A stretch of DNA of 63,637 bases, counting the filler. It is 5 parts of 5 records of this genome, joined end to end, with 100 filler letters (N's around TTAATTAATTAA, not from the genome) between each part and the next. Parts side by side here need not be neighbours in the genome. Positions count along the whole stretch, not along the records: positions 20,720 to 47,263 come from DRR723986_10707; 4 more parts are not named here. One strand, 5' to 3'. Of the stretch, positions 21,528-31,745 are shown in pieces. The notes beneath the pieces are model-generated. The model made no database searches and was not told the origin of the DNA. It saw nothing but the letters and a program-made list of their open reading frames with translations. The translations under genes were made by a program, and so were the position numbers. The number at the start of each line of letters is the position of its first letter. Position 1 is the first letter of the stretch.

Positions 21528-21563
21528 CAAAAATGGCGGGAAAGGTTACCCCTTCCCGCCATT
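21528..21563 (-). terminator. Intrinsic terminator of the 1502-aa gene
   Basis: AATGGCGGGAA...TTCCCGCCATT inverted repeat with a minus-strand T run. Confidence 0.7.
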
Positions 21564-21629
21564 CGTGTATTACAGCACTTTATGTGACCAGCCAGGCTCC
21601 CATGTTTGGGGCGGCGGGCCGAAGTGCGC

Positions 21630-24600
21630 TTACTTCGTAATCACCAGAGTGTGCGCCTGGCTGTAAGGACCGGCAGTCATGGTGTATGTATAAACACCGG
21701 ACGGCAATTCACTTACGTTCAGGTCTGACTCATACACACCGGCGTCAAGTGGCTGGTCTACCAGTACTTTGACGGTTTCACCCATCGCGTTGTAGATAAC
21801 GATGTTGGTGTGTGTGCGGAAGCCGACTGAGTATGCAATCGTAGTTGACTCAACAACTGGATTCGGCGTTACGTTACGCAGGCCGAATGTCGTGCCACTC
21901 AGTGAGATGAAACGACCGTTGTTCAGACAGATCGGGTTGATTCTGAGGCTACCTGGGAATGGTACGGCAATGACGCACTTCTCACGGTCTGTCTCAAGAA
22001 TCTCAACTGTCATTTCAATCGGCAGCGTCTCATCATCGTGCAGATAGAGCTGGAAGTTCAGACGCGCAAGCAGGAGCTCGCGGTCGATTGGTGCACCGGC
22101 GCGCAGCGTGAATTTCGAGAATCCATCGATGCGGCTGTGATCAATCTGACCTTCAAGCGTAAATCCGGCTTCAGGGCGAACTTCGGTCAGGCGCGCAGCA
22201 CCCAGGTCGTAGTTCAGCGTTACAATTACACCGGCGAGTCCTGACTCTTCAGTGTCATTGTATTCTTCTCTGTCCGGATCAATTTCGTCGAAGTTAGAGA
22301 TCGTCAGATCCAACTCAATTTCGTCACCAGGAGTGAGCAGAGTCGGGTCATCTTCCAAGTCGAATTCTACCGTTACAGTGTGAGCATCACCAAACAGTGG
22401 GGCACGCAGTGGTGGTCCCAGGCTGTTTTCGATGATCACAACGTCACTCTGCGCTTCTTCATCACTTGGCGTAAAGCGAATCTCAATATCGACGCTTCCA
22501 TTACCTGGAATAGTAATTGGCGTCGGCGTCAGGATTTCAAAGTGAGGATTGTTGCCTTCCAGACTCAAACCTGTGATTTCCGCACCGGAAGCATTGTCAG
22601 TCGTAACCGTAATGATGTCGGTAGGCTCAGCACAAAGAAGCACGTTGCCGTAGTCCAGACCGTTAACGGTCAGACCACCAGGTGAGTCACAGGAACCGGT
22701 AACCTGCACAACTGTTGTTGCACGGGCAACCAGATCAAAGTCGTTCTCATGTGCGTCATGCTCGATCGTCACGTCAACCGTATATGGTCCACCGTTGGCT
22801 GTGAAGACAACAGGAACCTGGAAGCTTTCACCCGGCGCGAGCACAAGGCCACGCTCTTCCGGATCTTGAGGAATAAAGGTCACGACTTCGTCAGCAACCT
22901 GGGCGTCAGGAACGGTACCCCACGCAAAGTTGGCCAGACCACCCTGAGCTTCAAAGCTGAGGCCATATACCGTCAGGTCTTCAGAAGCATCGGCATCATT
23001 AGTAATCGTCACAAAACCTTGCTCTTCAGACTCAGTGCCGCAGAGGATTTCAAGGAAGTCGTACCCTGTTGAAGATGTCTTAGGAATGATACCTTCACCC
23101 GCAACTTCACCCGAACCGGTATACTCATCGCGCCCAATGCGCTCGGTATCAGCCTGAGTGTTGTAGAACGGTGGAATTATCGTGCGTGTTACGATACCTT
23201 CAGCTGTAGGATTAAACTGGATCAGAGCAACGTAGATTTGTGACTCATCCCAGGTCGAAGGATCGGAATCTGGATCGATTCCTGCCATGCCGAAACGGCC
23301 ACCAATCTCCAACAGGTTCGAATTAGCTTGTCCCTCTTCGCTTTTCCTATAGACATTGACAATTGTAAATGGTCCGGCAACTGGATCACCTACAGCCTCA
23401 CCTTCCCACTGGATATCTTGAGGACGGAAGCGTACTTCCTGCTCGCCAAAGTTGATGAATTCAACAACAGACACATCACCCTGAACTGGATTACGTGGCA
23501 CTGTCGCACCAACGCGCACCTGACCGAAGTCGTAGAATGTCACCGATGGCGCGGACTTGATTGTTTCACCAGTCCAGACCGAGATTGGCTTGTATTCGCG
23601 TGCAAACTCTTCACGAGCGTTGGATTCAAATTCAACGCGGAATTCGTGCTCAGCTTCAACGTCTGAATTAAAACAGATCGTCTGGAAGAGTTGTTCTTCA
23701 CCTGGAGCGATTGTGAATGTTGGTGGAACTGCAGGATCCATGCCTGGGGCAGCCCAGGTAAATGGTCCGGTGTTGATGTCACCACTGGAAGCAAACACAA
23801 CGTTCACAGCACTGATTTCAAGGTCAGCAGTACCGCGGTTACGTACAACCACACCGGCCTGACCGGTCGTGTTCTTACAAATTGTACGTCCAACAGCCTG
23901 AATACCAACATTGTAATCTTCAACCGAAATGGCAGGTGTTACACCACGACCAATGACTTCACCGAGTTCCCACTCAAGGCAGGCGGTTTCGGCTACGATC
24001 ATGTCACGGTCAACCGCATCTTCATCGTTCAGGTCTTCAGTTTCATCTTCAGGTGTATAGCGCAGCTCAAGTGTAATTTCTTCAAGCGGCTCCATGAACA
24101 GTGGTGCTTCAGCAGTAGCGTCCAGCACCCGTTGTGGACCAACGATCGTAAAGAGCGAACCATCTTTAAGTTCAACTTTGCGGACTTCCAGGCGTTTGCT
24201 TGTTGGGTTAAACAAGGTCGCCTGCTGGTCGCCACTTGTACCGAGCAGCACATTGCCGAACAGCACTGGTGCCGGGCGCATTTCGATGCGGTCGGCCGTG
24301 TACTGTACGGAGTCAATTGTGACGTTACCCGCGCGATCCAATACCGTAAACACGGCTTTGGCGTCTTTCTCCAGGTCAATCACGTTAAAGCAGAACTCAA
24401 AACGCGTGACTTTAGGATCAGGCTTAAGTTCTTCGCTGGTTTTGAACTCGAGTTCAAAGTTGTAGCTACGTGGATTTTCTTCGTCGGTACCTTCAATCAT
24501 GTTGATGGCACTTACACCCTGGTCAATCTGACGAGGATCATCGCCGGCGGCACCATTTGTTTCTTCTGTAGTGAGTACACAGAAGGTACCGCAGTCTTCT

Positions 24601-26138
24601 TCAATCTCAACTGGTGGCGGAACGGTATCCAGCTCATCCAGCTTGTTCAGAGCCATAGCAGCGGGCCATCCGTAGGATTCAAAGCGGCTAAAGCCATAAA
24701 TGTATCCACCAAAGCGGGCTTTACCGTTACTGGTTACCTGGTGCGCACCTGGTGGTACGTTTACACGTGCCCACGTCAGACCCGTGCCTGGAATCTCATT
24801 TACCAGGAAGAGTGGATCACGATCGGCAATCGGCGTACCATCCAGTTTGATCGAACGCAAGGTCTCTTGCCTTGGATCATCCGGATCCATCTCAGCTATA
24901 ATATTAAACCAGTTGGTATTAAACTCAGCATTGGATGGCGTTTGGAACACCGTAGCAGGTATATACTGTTCCTGCGGAACAACCTGCACCATAAATGGGT
25001 CAAAGTCCTGGTTGCCGTCCCAGCCGGATGAGTATGAATACTGCATCACAAACACGGGTTTATCGGCATCCCATATGGCGGTACCTCGAATCGAGACAGC
25101 ACCTCCCTGCGGATTAACTTCCTCAAACTCAGCCCAATCGCCACGTTCGGAAAGCAAACCATTGCGCACGGCAATCAGGTCGCGATTGTTGTCTTTTTCA
25201 TAGTAGCGCACGGTGTATTCCGTATTCGGCTGTGAAGCCAGAATCCGGAAGTAGTCACCAGTGTTTTCGCGGAAAAATTCAAGGGAGATATAAGTTTTAC
25301 CCCAGGTCGTGGACGGCGGAATCATCGCCATCAGGTTATCACGACTGGACGACCCCATAGCGGTCGGAATAATCGTTCGTTCGTGGAAGGCAATCAAACC
25401 AACCGGTTTGGTTGCTGTGATACTTGTACCGGTCATATCAAATGCACGGTCAATACCTGTACCGCGAATCATATACGTCTGGCCTTCGTTCAACGTAATG
25501 TTGAATCGCTGACCAATGCGCTTACCGCCAACTGTTGTACCACCGGCTGTTGAACCGTCAAGTGTGATCACAACTGAAGTTTCATCTTCTTTGGCTACCA
25601 CGATAAAACCACCACCGCGCACAGTTTGTGCCTCGGGGTAGTCATAGTAACCAATGTGCATGTAGCGACGGTCCCAAACGTTGGTTGGCAGCGCCAGGTA
25701 ACCTTCGGAGCAGAATCGCTTAGCCGAAAGTACGTAGACTGAAACCGGGTCGTCGGCAGTAATTTTTAAGCCTTTTTCAGTAACGATATCACTCTCGCGG
25801 ACTTCCATCGCCCATGACAGCTCGTTAGCTTCGCCGGAGAAGGTCGTAATCTCAAGAGCCTTGACTTGTTTTGTCAGTGGACCAAAACCTAATCCTGGCA
25901 TTTCAATTGTGACTTCTGTATCAACACTGGATGTCACATAAATCTCTAACGCGCGCTGGATGATATTCACACCGGTCGCTTCGTTCGGCGGCATGGCAAT
26001 CCAGAATTCACGACCCTGCGCGGTGTTGTTGAGCATCTCCTCAACGGTCGGTACTTTGTTGCCTTTGAGTTGTGCGTGCAGGTCTCCCGTGCAGCACAAC
26101 AGGGCCACAATCAAAAAGTAGCCGAATTTTCGCATCAT
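21630..26138 (-). CDS. Large T9SS-secreted surface protein: IgGFc-binding-like N-terminal domain, several Ig-like (ASH/choice-of-anchor D type) domains, type A CTD
   Basis: Signal peptide; GREFW, EGYLALPT, YGFSRFESYGWP; C-terminal VTPNP...IYNAMGE...LPSGVYTY...LVITK CTD. Confidence 0.82.
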   Translation of the reverse strand: MMRKFGYFLIVALLCCTGDLHAQLKGNKVPTVEEMLNNTAQGREFWIAMPPNEATGVNIIQRALEIYVTSSVDTEVTIEMPGLGFGPLTKQVKALEITTFSGEANELSWAMEVRESDIVTEKGLKITADDPVSVYVLSAKRFCSEGYLALPTNVWDRRYMHIGYYDYPEAQTVRGGGFIVVAKEDETSVVITLDGSTAGGTTVGGKRIGQRFNITLNEGQTYMIRGTGIDRAFDMTGTSITATKPVGLIAFHERTIIPTAMGSSSRDNLMAMIPPSTTWGKTYISLEFFRENTGDYFRILASQPNTEYTVRYYEKDNNRDLIAVRNGLLSERGDWAEFEEVNPQGGAVSIRGTAIWDADKPVFVMQYSYSSGWDGNQDFDPFMVQVVPQEQYIPATVFQTPSNAEFNTNWFNIIAEMDPDDPRQETLRSIKLDGTPIADRDPLFLVNEIPGTGLTWARVNVPPGAHQVTSNGKARFGGYIYGFSRFESYGWPAAMALNKLDELDTVPPPVEIEEDCGTFCVLTTEETNGAAGDDPRQIDQGVSAINMIEGTDEENPRSYNFELEFKTSEELKPDPKVTRFEFCFNVIDLEKDAKAVFTVLDRAGNVTIDSVQYTADRIEMRPAPVLFGNVLLGTSGDQQATLFNPTSKRLEVRKVELKDGSLFTIVGPQRVLDATAEAPLFMEPLEEITLELRYTPEDETEDLNDEDAVDRDMIVAETACLEWELGEVIGRGVTPAISVEDYNVGIQAVGRTICKNTTGQAGVVVRNRGTADLEISAVNVVFASSGDINTGPFTWAAPGMDPAVPPTFTIAPGEEQLFQTICFNSDVEAEHEFRVEFESNAREEFAREYKPISVWTGETIKSAPSVTFYDFGQVRVGATVPRNPVQGDVSVVEFINFGEQEVRFRPQDIQWEGEAVGDPVAGPFTIVNVYRKSEEGQANSNLLEIGGRFGMAGIDPDSDPSTWDESQIYVALIQFNPTAEGIVTRTIIPPFYNTQADTERIGRDEYTGSGEVAGEGIIPKTSSTGYDFLEILCGTESEEQGFVTITNDADASEDLTVYGLSFEAQGGLANFAWGTVPDAQVADEVVTFIPQDPEERGLVLAPGESFQVPVVFTANGGPYTVDVTIEHDAHENDFDLVARATTVVQVTGSCDSPGGLTVNGLDYGNVLLCAEPTDIITVTTDNASGAEITGLSLEGNNPHFEILTPTPITIPGNGSVDIEIRFTPSDEEAQSDVVIIENSLGPPLRAPLFGDAHTVTVEFDLEDDPTLLTPGDEIELDLTISNFDEIDPDREEYNDTEESGLAGVIVTLNYDLGAARLTEVRPEAGFTLEGQIDHSRIDGFSKFTLRAGAPIDRELLLARLNFQLYLHDDETLPIEMTVEILETDREKCVIAVPFPGSLRINPICLNNGRFISLSGTTFGLRNVTPNPVVESTTIAYSVGFRTHTNIVIYNAMGETVKVLVDQPLDAGVYESDLNVSELPSGVYTYTMTAGPYSQAHTLVITK

Positions 26139-26833
26139 AAAAAATCCTCCAGGACGGGGCTTGGCGGCTTCATCGCTCTACCCCAGGATACAAAATCATG
26201 TAATGTTTGAATGTTTGATATCGGTCTGAATGTTCCGTTGGGAATCAGTGTGGAACCTTTTGCTATTGAAGGCCGCAGCTGTATGGCGCATGCATCCAAA
26301 TTTTCGCGTTACGTTCCTGCGATGCAGTTGATCACATCGTGGATCTACCCATTCCCAACAACACGAGAGAGCCATTTTGTTCCATCGTCGCAAGGATTGA
26401 GGGTAGTTCGGACACAATCAATAATATACTAAATATCAATTCGCAATAATAATTCAGTAATAAGTAATGAGTCCCAGGGGCATCGCCCGAGTATCTCGCA
26501 TCAAAGGTTTATAATGAAGCAAGAATGGTATCCACCCTGTTCTCACAAACGCATAGACAGACGCAATCCAAGTTTGTCACGCCCCATCCATGAAAAATTT
26601 CTACCATCTAAAAAAACGTGTCTACTTTAAGTCATTCGGCTGCCTTTGGGTATTGAAGTGCAGCGGCGAGCGCAGGCGCAAGGAAAGCGCACTTGTGGCA
26701 CGTGCGAGCGGTATTCCGTTCGGCAGCACTGCTCAGGATGGACACCGGAGCGGCTCTTGCAGCGTCACAGTTAGCGTAACTTTTGACTCAAAGTTTCAAT
26801 TCGTGGTGTGCAACAAATCGCCGGATACACAAA

Positions 26834-26863
26834 CCGCCGGCATGCACAAGCGCATACCGGCGG
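26834..26863 (-). terminator. Probable terminator of the redox gene run
   Basis: CCGCCGGCATGC-N6-GCATACCGGCGG hairpin about 75 nt after the stop at 26939. Confidence 0.55.
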
Positions 26864-26938
26864 CTGTTGAGTTGTCATATCCAGGCTGGTGAACAATCTG
26901 CTCACAACCAATCGTACGGCATTATTATTGAAGCATGA

Positions 26939-29734
26939 TCATCGAAGAATCAAAGGAACGGTCGTAAAACCAGTGCCATTGTCAACGACCAGGCGGTAAT
27001 AACCCGCCGCAAGTTCACGCCCGCCGGCATCGCGGCCGTCAAACTGCCAGCGCACTGGGCCATTGAGCTGCACCTGGCGCAGTGTAACGCCGTTGAGGTC
27101 TACAATGCGTACTTCAAACTGCCCTGGCAGAGCCAGATCAATTACACCGATGCCGGCCGCCGGAAGCGGATTTGGCATCACAGTGATAGCGTCGGCAAGT
27201 TCTGCATCAAAACGCACCGATGTACCAACGCGACCAGTACCGTTCAGAATAACGTCAAGCGTCGTTGGCTGATCGTCAACCGTCAGACGCAATACGCCGC
27301 TGAAATCACCAGCCGCAGGCGGCGCAAAGCGCACCGTCAGGTTGCCACTTTCGCCGGCAGCTACATCCAGAGGCAGCATTTCCACAAGCTCGTAGGCGCC
27401 TTCGGCACCTTCAGCAAACTCAAAGGCAGATACCCTTGCAGGCAAGTCACCAGCGTTGACGCGGAAGGTGCGTTCTACCACCGGACCATCTACAACGGCT
27501 TCGTCAAACTCAAGCGAAAAGACCGAAGCAATCGCTGCCAGGCCGATTCCGCGCACGCTCACACCCGTTCCAGGGTTGACAGCATTGCTGCTAAAGCTGA
27601 TTCTTCCGGTGTGCTCACCTACCGTTGCCGGTGTATAACGCACCGCAATTTCGCGTTCAGCGTTCGGAGCAATCGTAAATGGCAGGTCCGTCGGCGAATC
27701 AATGCTGAAGTCACCGGCATTTGAGTTGATAGCCGTAATCTCCAGCGGAGCATCGCCGATGTTCTTCAACATGAATGGCACAGGCCGGCCAAAACCGACC
27801 AGCAGCTCACCGTAATCCAGGAGCGTAGTCGAAGTCCCAATCGCTGGGCCATCAGCCAGTGGTGTTACCATTACATCCATCGAACCACTTACAACCTGCC
27901 CGCAATCATTGCTGACGATACAAGTGTACCCACCGGCATCCGCAGGCGTCACAGACTCAATCGTAAGCGTAGATTCAATTTCCTCGTCAAGTACAGTGCC
28001 GTCGCGGCGCCAGCGATACATCAGGTCATCGCCACTAGCTGTCACACTAAGTGTTACGCTGTTACCTTCGTCAACCTGCGCACCACCGGATTCCATCGTA
28101 ATCTGCGGAACACCGGTAACGGAGATGATGATAGGCTCACTAACGGCATCAGCACCGCAGGGTCCGCTCACCGTAACCTGGTAGGTTCCGGCGTCGGAAG
28201 CATCAGCGCTCAAAATTGAAAGGAGTGCCAAATCACCACCGGCGATAGCATTGCCGTCTTTAGTCCATGCATAGGTGAAGTTACCTTCGGCCTGTGCTTC
28301 CAGCGTCACATTGGCACCCTCACAAATTGCGCGGGATTCCGAATGTGAAGTGATTGTTGGAGGCAGCCCCACCGTCACGATTGTTTCCTGGCTGGAGACC
28401 GCCGGGCTGCAAGCGCCGGACACGATGACAACATAAGTACCGGCATCGCCGGGCGTGGCACTGCCAATTTCCAGTCGCGGACCGGTCGCATTAGGCACCG
28501 GTTGTCCGTCTTTCTCCCAGGAGAAACCAATATCAGTTCCGGTAGCCGTTACTTCCAGAAGAATCATGTCCCCCGCACAGGCATTTGCTGCCTGGGGCTG
28601 CACCGTGATTGCCGGTTGTTCATCAATCGTCAGCGTCGCTGCATCGCTGATCACCTGATCGTCGCAGGCTCCAATCACGATAACATCGTAATCGCCCGCA
28701 TCATCCGGCGTCAATCCGCTGAGCGTCAACATAATATTTTCGGCACCGGCAATTGGAGTACCGTCCTTGCGCCACTGGAATGACAAACCCGCACCATCGG
28801 CCTGCACCTCAAACACGGCCGTACCGCCTTCACAACGCTGTATGGCAATTGGCTGCATGGTGATGGTCGGCGCGTCGGCAATCGCAAAGTTGCCCGTCAT
28901 CGCATCATTGACATCTGCATCCGCGGCGTCACTCACCCGTATGCGGTAGTCCGCATCCGCCGGTTGCGCCGATGGAATCGACCAAACAAATGAACCGGAC
29001 GAAGCCGGTGTGCTGTTGGTAATCACCGTGGTATAAGACTGGCCGCCATTATCGGAGAGTTCAATCTTGACGTTATCGACCATCGTGGACTCCCACTCGA
29101 TCGTCACGTCGCTATCAGGGCAAAACACGCCGCCGGCAAGCGGCGCGCTGAGCGTAATACTTGGCACCGCCTGCACTGTGACTTTGACGGGTGCCAGCCA
29201 GTTCCAGTCGTCACCAGAGTCAGAATTGCCGTTGTTGTTGACTGCATTACCAATTGCACGGATGTAGTAGTCACCTGGCGCAGTTGGAGCGGTCCACTCA
29301 AATTCAAACTCCACTGTTCCGCCGGAGAGTGCTTTTTTGGCGGAGTGCGTCAATTCATCACCGGAAGACTTCAGGCCGGAACCCGTCACCGCCGCAAGAT
29401 CACCCGCATCCGTCGAGCCACTTTCAGTAGTTTTGACCGCGATATTACAACCGGCACGCGTGTGGCTGCCATGTGCCACTTCCAGCGTAAAGACCGTTGT
29501 AGATCCCGGTGCCACATTAAAGGAACCGGTTTCACTGGTGACTTTAAGAGTTGTGTTGTCACTCTTGGCCGAACCATGGCAGGAGCCACAACCCGAGCCA
29601 TTAACCTGGGTACGTCCTGTGCGGCCGGAAGAATTGGCCTGCATCTCTGCAGTTCCGCACAGTAACATTAGAAAGGCGGCCACAAGGGGTAGCCAGCTTT
29701 GCCTTAAACTTGAAGGTCTGTAGCAAGTCCGCAT
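26939..29734 (-). CDS. T9SS-secreted protein: N-terminal CxxCH Reeler-like (choice-of-anchor V type) domain, four Ig repeats, two ASH-like domains, CTD
   Basis: Signal peptide; GCGSCHG; ELTHS...FEWTAP...GNAVNNNG; repeats with WxKDG/DAGxY; C-terminal VMPNP...LAAGYYRLVV. Confidence 0.8.
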   Translation of the reverse strand: MRTCYRPSSLRQSWLPLVAAFLMLLCGTAEMQANSSGRTGRTQVNGSGCGSCHGSAKSDNTTLKVTSETGSFNVAPGSTTVFTLEVAHGSHTRAGCNIAVKTTESGSTDAGDLAAVTGSGLKSSGDELTHSAKKALSGGTVEFEFEWTAPTAPGDYYIRAIGNAVNNNGNSDSGDDWNWLAPVKVTVQAVPSITLSAPLAGGVFCPDSDVTIEWESTMVDNVKIELSDNGGQSYTTVITNSTPASSGSFVWSIPSAQPADADYRIRVSDAADADVNDAMTGNFAIADAPTITMQPIAIQRCEGGTAVFEVQADGAGLSFQWRKDGTPIAGAENIMLTLSGLTPDDAGDYDVIVIGACDDQVISDAATLTIDEQPAITVQPQAANACAGDMILLEVTATGTDIGFSWEKDGQPVPNATGPRLEIGSATPGDAGTYVVIVSGACSPAVSSQETIVTVGLPPTITSHSESRAICEGANVTLEAQAEGNFTYAWTKDGNAIAGGDLALLSILSADASDAGTYQVTVSGPCGADAVSEPIIISVTGVPQITMESGGAQVDEGNSVTLSVTASGDDLMYRWRRDGTVLDEEIESTLTIESVTPADAGGYTCIVSNDCGQVVSGSMDVMVTPLADGPAIGTSTTLLDYGELLVGFGRPVPFMLKNIGDAPLEITAINSNAGDFSIDSPTDLPFTIAPNAEREIAVRYTPATVGEHTGRISFSSNAVNPGTGVSVRGIGLAAIASVFSLEFDEAVVDGPVVERTFRVNAGDLPARVSAFEFAEGAEGAYELVEMLPLDVAAGESGNLTVRFAPPAAGDFSGVLRLTVDDQPTTLDVILNGTGRVGTSVRFDAELADAITVMPNPLPAAGIGVIDLALPGQFEVRIVDLNGVTLRQVQLNGPVRWQFDGRDAGGRELAAGYYRLVVDNGTGFTTVPLILR

Positions 29735-29807
29735 TCAGAGCCTCCTGATTTTAAGTTAAACAATAGGTAAGGGTACAGGAGTGAAGCGACTCTCAGGAAG
29801 GGCTTGC

Positions 29808-30440
29808 CTAAAATGAGATAGTCAGAATTTGGGTTGTAGCATCAAATTCGGCAGGATATTCCTTGAGCGGCGTAGGTGCCGGCCCAGCAACAGGAATACC
29901 AGTTTTTGGGTCAAAAAAGCTGTCGTGACATGCGCACCAGATCTGACCTCCGTCAAGATCTTCCTCCACGATACAGCCGGAGTGTGTGCAAACACCGGTA
30001 TATGCGTGAAATACATCCTGTGAAGTATGCGCTATCATCACAGGCATTCCGCCATTTAGCGTTCCAAAGCTGCGCTGAAGAGTGCCCCCAACGGCTACAA
30101 GCCGCGGCTCTTCGGCAATATTTATGTTAACCTTAATCGTGTTGTCAGGGTCTGGATCCGGGTCCGGATCTGTACCGCCACTGCCGGAAGAAGGTGAGCG
30201 CGTTTCATCTGTCTCACAACTGTTCAGAAAAGTTGAGAGTGCGCCACCACTTAACACCAGGCCGAGCATACCGGCAGAACGCGAAAAGAAACCACGACGG
30301 TCCAGTACTTCGTCAGTATCCGCACCGGTTAACTTCTCTGCCGCAGGACGCGCCAGGTATGCGTCGCCGTCGGCGCTTGCATTAGCGACACCGGGACCGG
30401 CAATCGGTCGTGCATTTCTTTCTTTAATTTTTTCAGGCAT
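29808..30440 (-). CDS. Tat-exported Rieske [2Fe-2S] lipoprotein
   Basis: DRRGFF twin-arginine motif, lipobox-like LNSC, (DP)n linker, CTHSGC and CACHDS Rieske boxes. Confidence 0.88.
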   Translation of the reverse strand: MPEKIKERNARPIAGPGVANASADGDAYLARPAAEKLTGADTDEVLDRRGFFSRSAGMLGLVLSGGALSTFLNSCETDETRSPSSGSGGTDPDPDPDPDNTIKVNINIAEEPRLVAVGGTLQRSFGTLNGGMPVMIAHTSQDVFHAYTGVCTHSGCIVEEDLDGGQIWCACHDSFFDPKTGIPVAGPAPTPLKEYPAEFDATTQILTISF

Positions 30441-30583
30441 TTCGATCGCCTCTAATTTTTCACAAAAATCACGTTAATACAAGGCCAGGAACGTCACCAG
30501 CGGCGTCCAGTTTTATTAAGCGGCACACCACACACACGCTCGTGATTCGGCGTACCGCTATAAACTGATTGCCTAAGTGTACC

Positions 30584-31249
30584 TCACTTCTCTACCGCAT
30601 TCGTGCCAAACAGGTTGACTTCCACGGCGATATTCTCACTGACTTTACTGCCGATGATGTCACCTTTTCCGGCCACTTTGTGTGCTGAAAGCGGCACGTC
30701 AAACTTGGTTTTAACCATCAGGAAGTCGCCGGGAGCACGCTCTTTGGTTTTGGCGGACTCTGGCAGAATCGTGATCGTCACTTCACTCGTCATCTCGCGG
30801 CTCACACCACGCATCATAAAGTCGCCATGTGCTTTGGCAGTCATTACAATCTTGGCGGCGGACTTGGAAGTAATCTTCACGTCGCTGAGTTTCTTGATGT
30901 CAAAACTGATCATCGGGTGCGTTTCAGCATCCAACCACGTAGCGCTGTACATGTGCTGGTTGCGCTTTTTAATACCCGTTACCATTGATTTGACCTGCAC
31001 TTCAAGGCGGCCCGAACTCGCTTCAATTTTGGTGGGATTCAGAGTAAACATTCCACTGATTCCATCGGCCGAACCCTCGATATCCTCCAGGGGGGCACTA
31101 CTCCAAAATTTGGCTTCGTTTTTGCCAACCTTGTTAACAAAGTTAAATTTCTGTGTAGTTGTCATTCCCAGATCGCCACTCATATCTGCAGCAATCACCT
31201 GTGATGCCAGCAGCATACCCGCCACTGCAAACGCCAGAATTTTTCTCAT
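30584..31249 (-). CDS. YceI-family periplasmic lipid/isoprenoid-binding protein
   Basis: Signal peptide; SAPLEDIEG, TGIKKRNQHM...WLDAETHPMISF, GDFMMRGVSR. Confidence 0.88.
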   Translation of the reverse strand: MRKILAFAVAGMLLASQVIAADMSGDLGMTTTQKFNFVNKVGKNEAKFWSSAPLEDIEGSADGISGMFTLNPTKIEASSGRLEVQVKSMVTGIKKRNQHMYSATWLDAETHPMISFDIKKLSDVKITSKSAAKIVMTAKAHGDFMMRGVSREMTSEVTITILPESAKTKERAPGDFLMVKTKFDVPLSAHKVAGKGDIIGSKVSENIAVEVNLFGTNAVEK

Positions 31250-31400
31250 TTCGTCCTCACTTGCCTACTAAATAATTGATGAGTTTATGTCGTTCGGGAA
31301 ATAATATTTCGCGTTGTACTGTGCTACTTGTTTTAGCGTTCTTACAGGCACAGCTTACACAAATCCGGCAGAGCATTCCACCTGATTTTAAACAGCCTTT

Positions 31401-31697
31401 TCATGTTTGTCCCGCTGGCTGCCGGCGCGTCTTGAAGTACGAGATTAAAAGCAATAACACAAACGGCGCTCCGAGTGAAGCAACCCCACTCATTTCCTTG
31501 AGCGAAGAGCCCGAAGGCACCAGGCCTAAAACGAATTGGTCTTCCCACTCTATACTCGTCGTGTCAAACAATTCATCGTAGGTCTCCACCGCCACCGACG
31601 TTTTGGTGTAGATTTCAAAACCGTGAATCGCCCAGATGCCCAGCACGGCCACGAGTGCCGCCACGCTGATCATCGCCAGAACCTTCCAGATATTCAT
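31401..31697 (-). CDS. Small two-TM membrane protein
   Basis: Two hydrophobic helices around an acidic loop (ETYDELFDTTSIEWEDQF); GGAG RBS; co-oriented with neighbours. Confidence 0.72.
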   Translation of the reverse strand: MNIWKVLAMISVAALVAVLGIWAIHGFEIYTKTSVAVETYDELFDTTSIEWEDQFVLGLVPSGSSLKEMSGVASLGAPFVLLLLISYFKTRRQPAGQT

Positions 31698-31745
31698 CTT
31701 GCCGTCTCCCGGTGTGCGCGTGCCTCACAGCCCGCAACTCAATTG

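Noticed and set aside
23691-25031. 446-aa + strand ORF
   Set aside because: Antisense to the 1502-aa gene; a product of codon bias.
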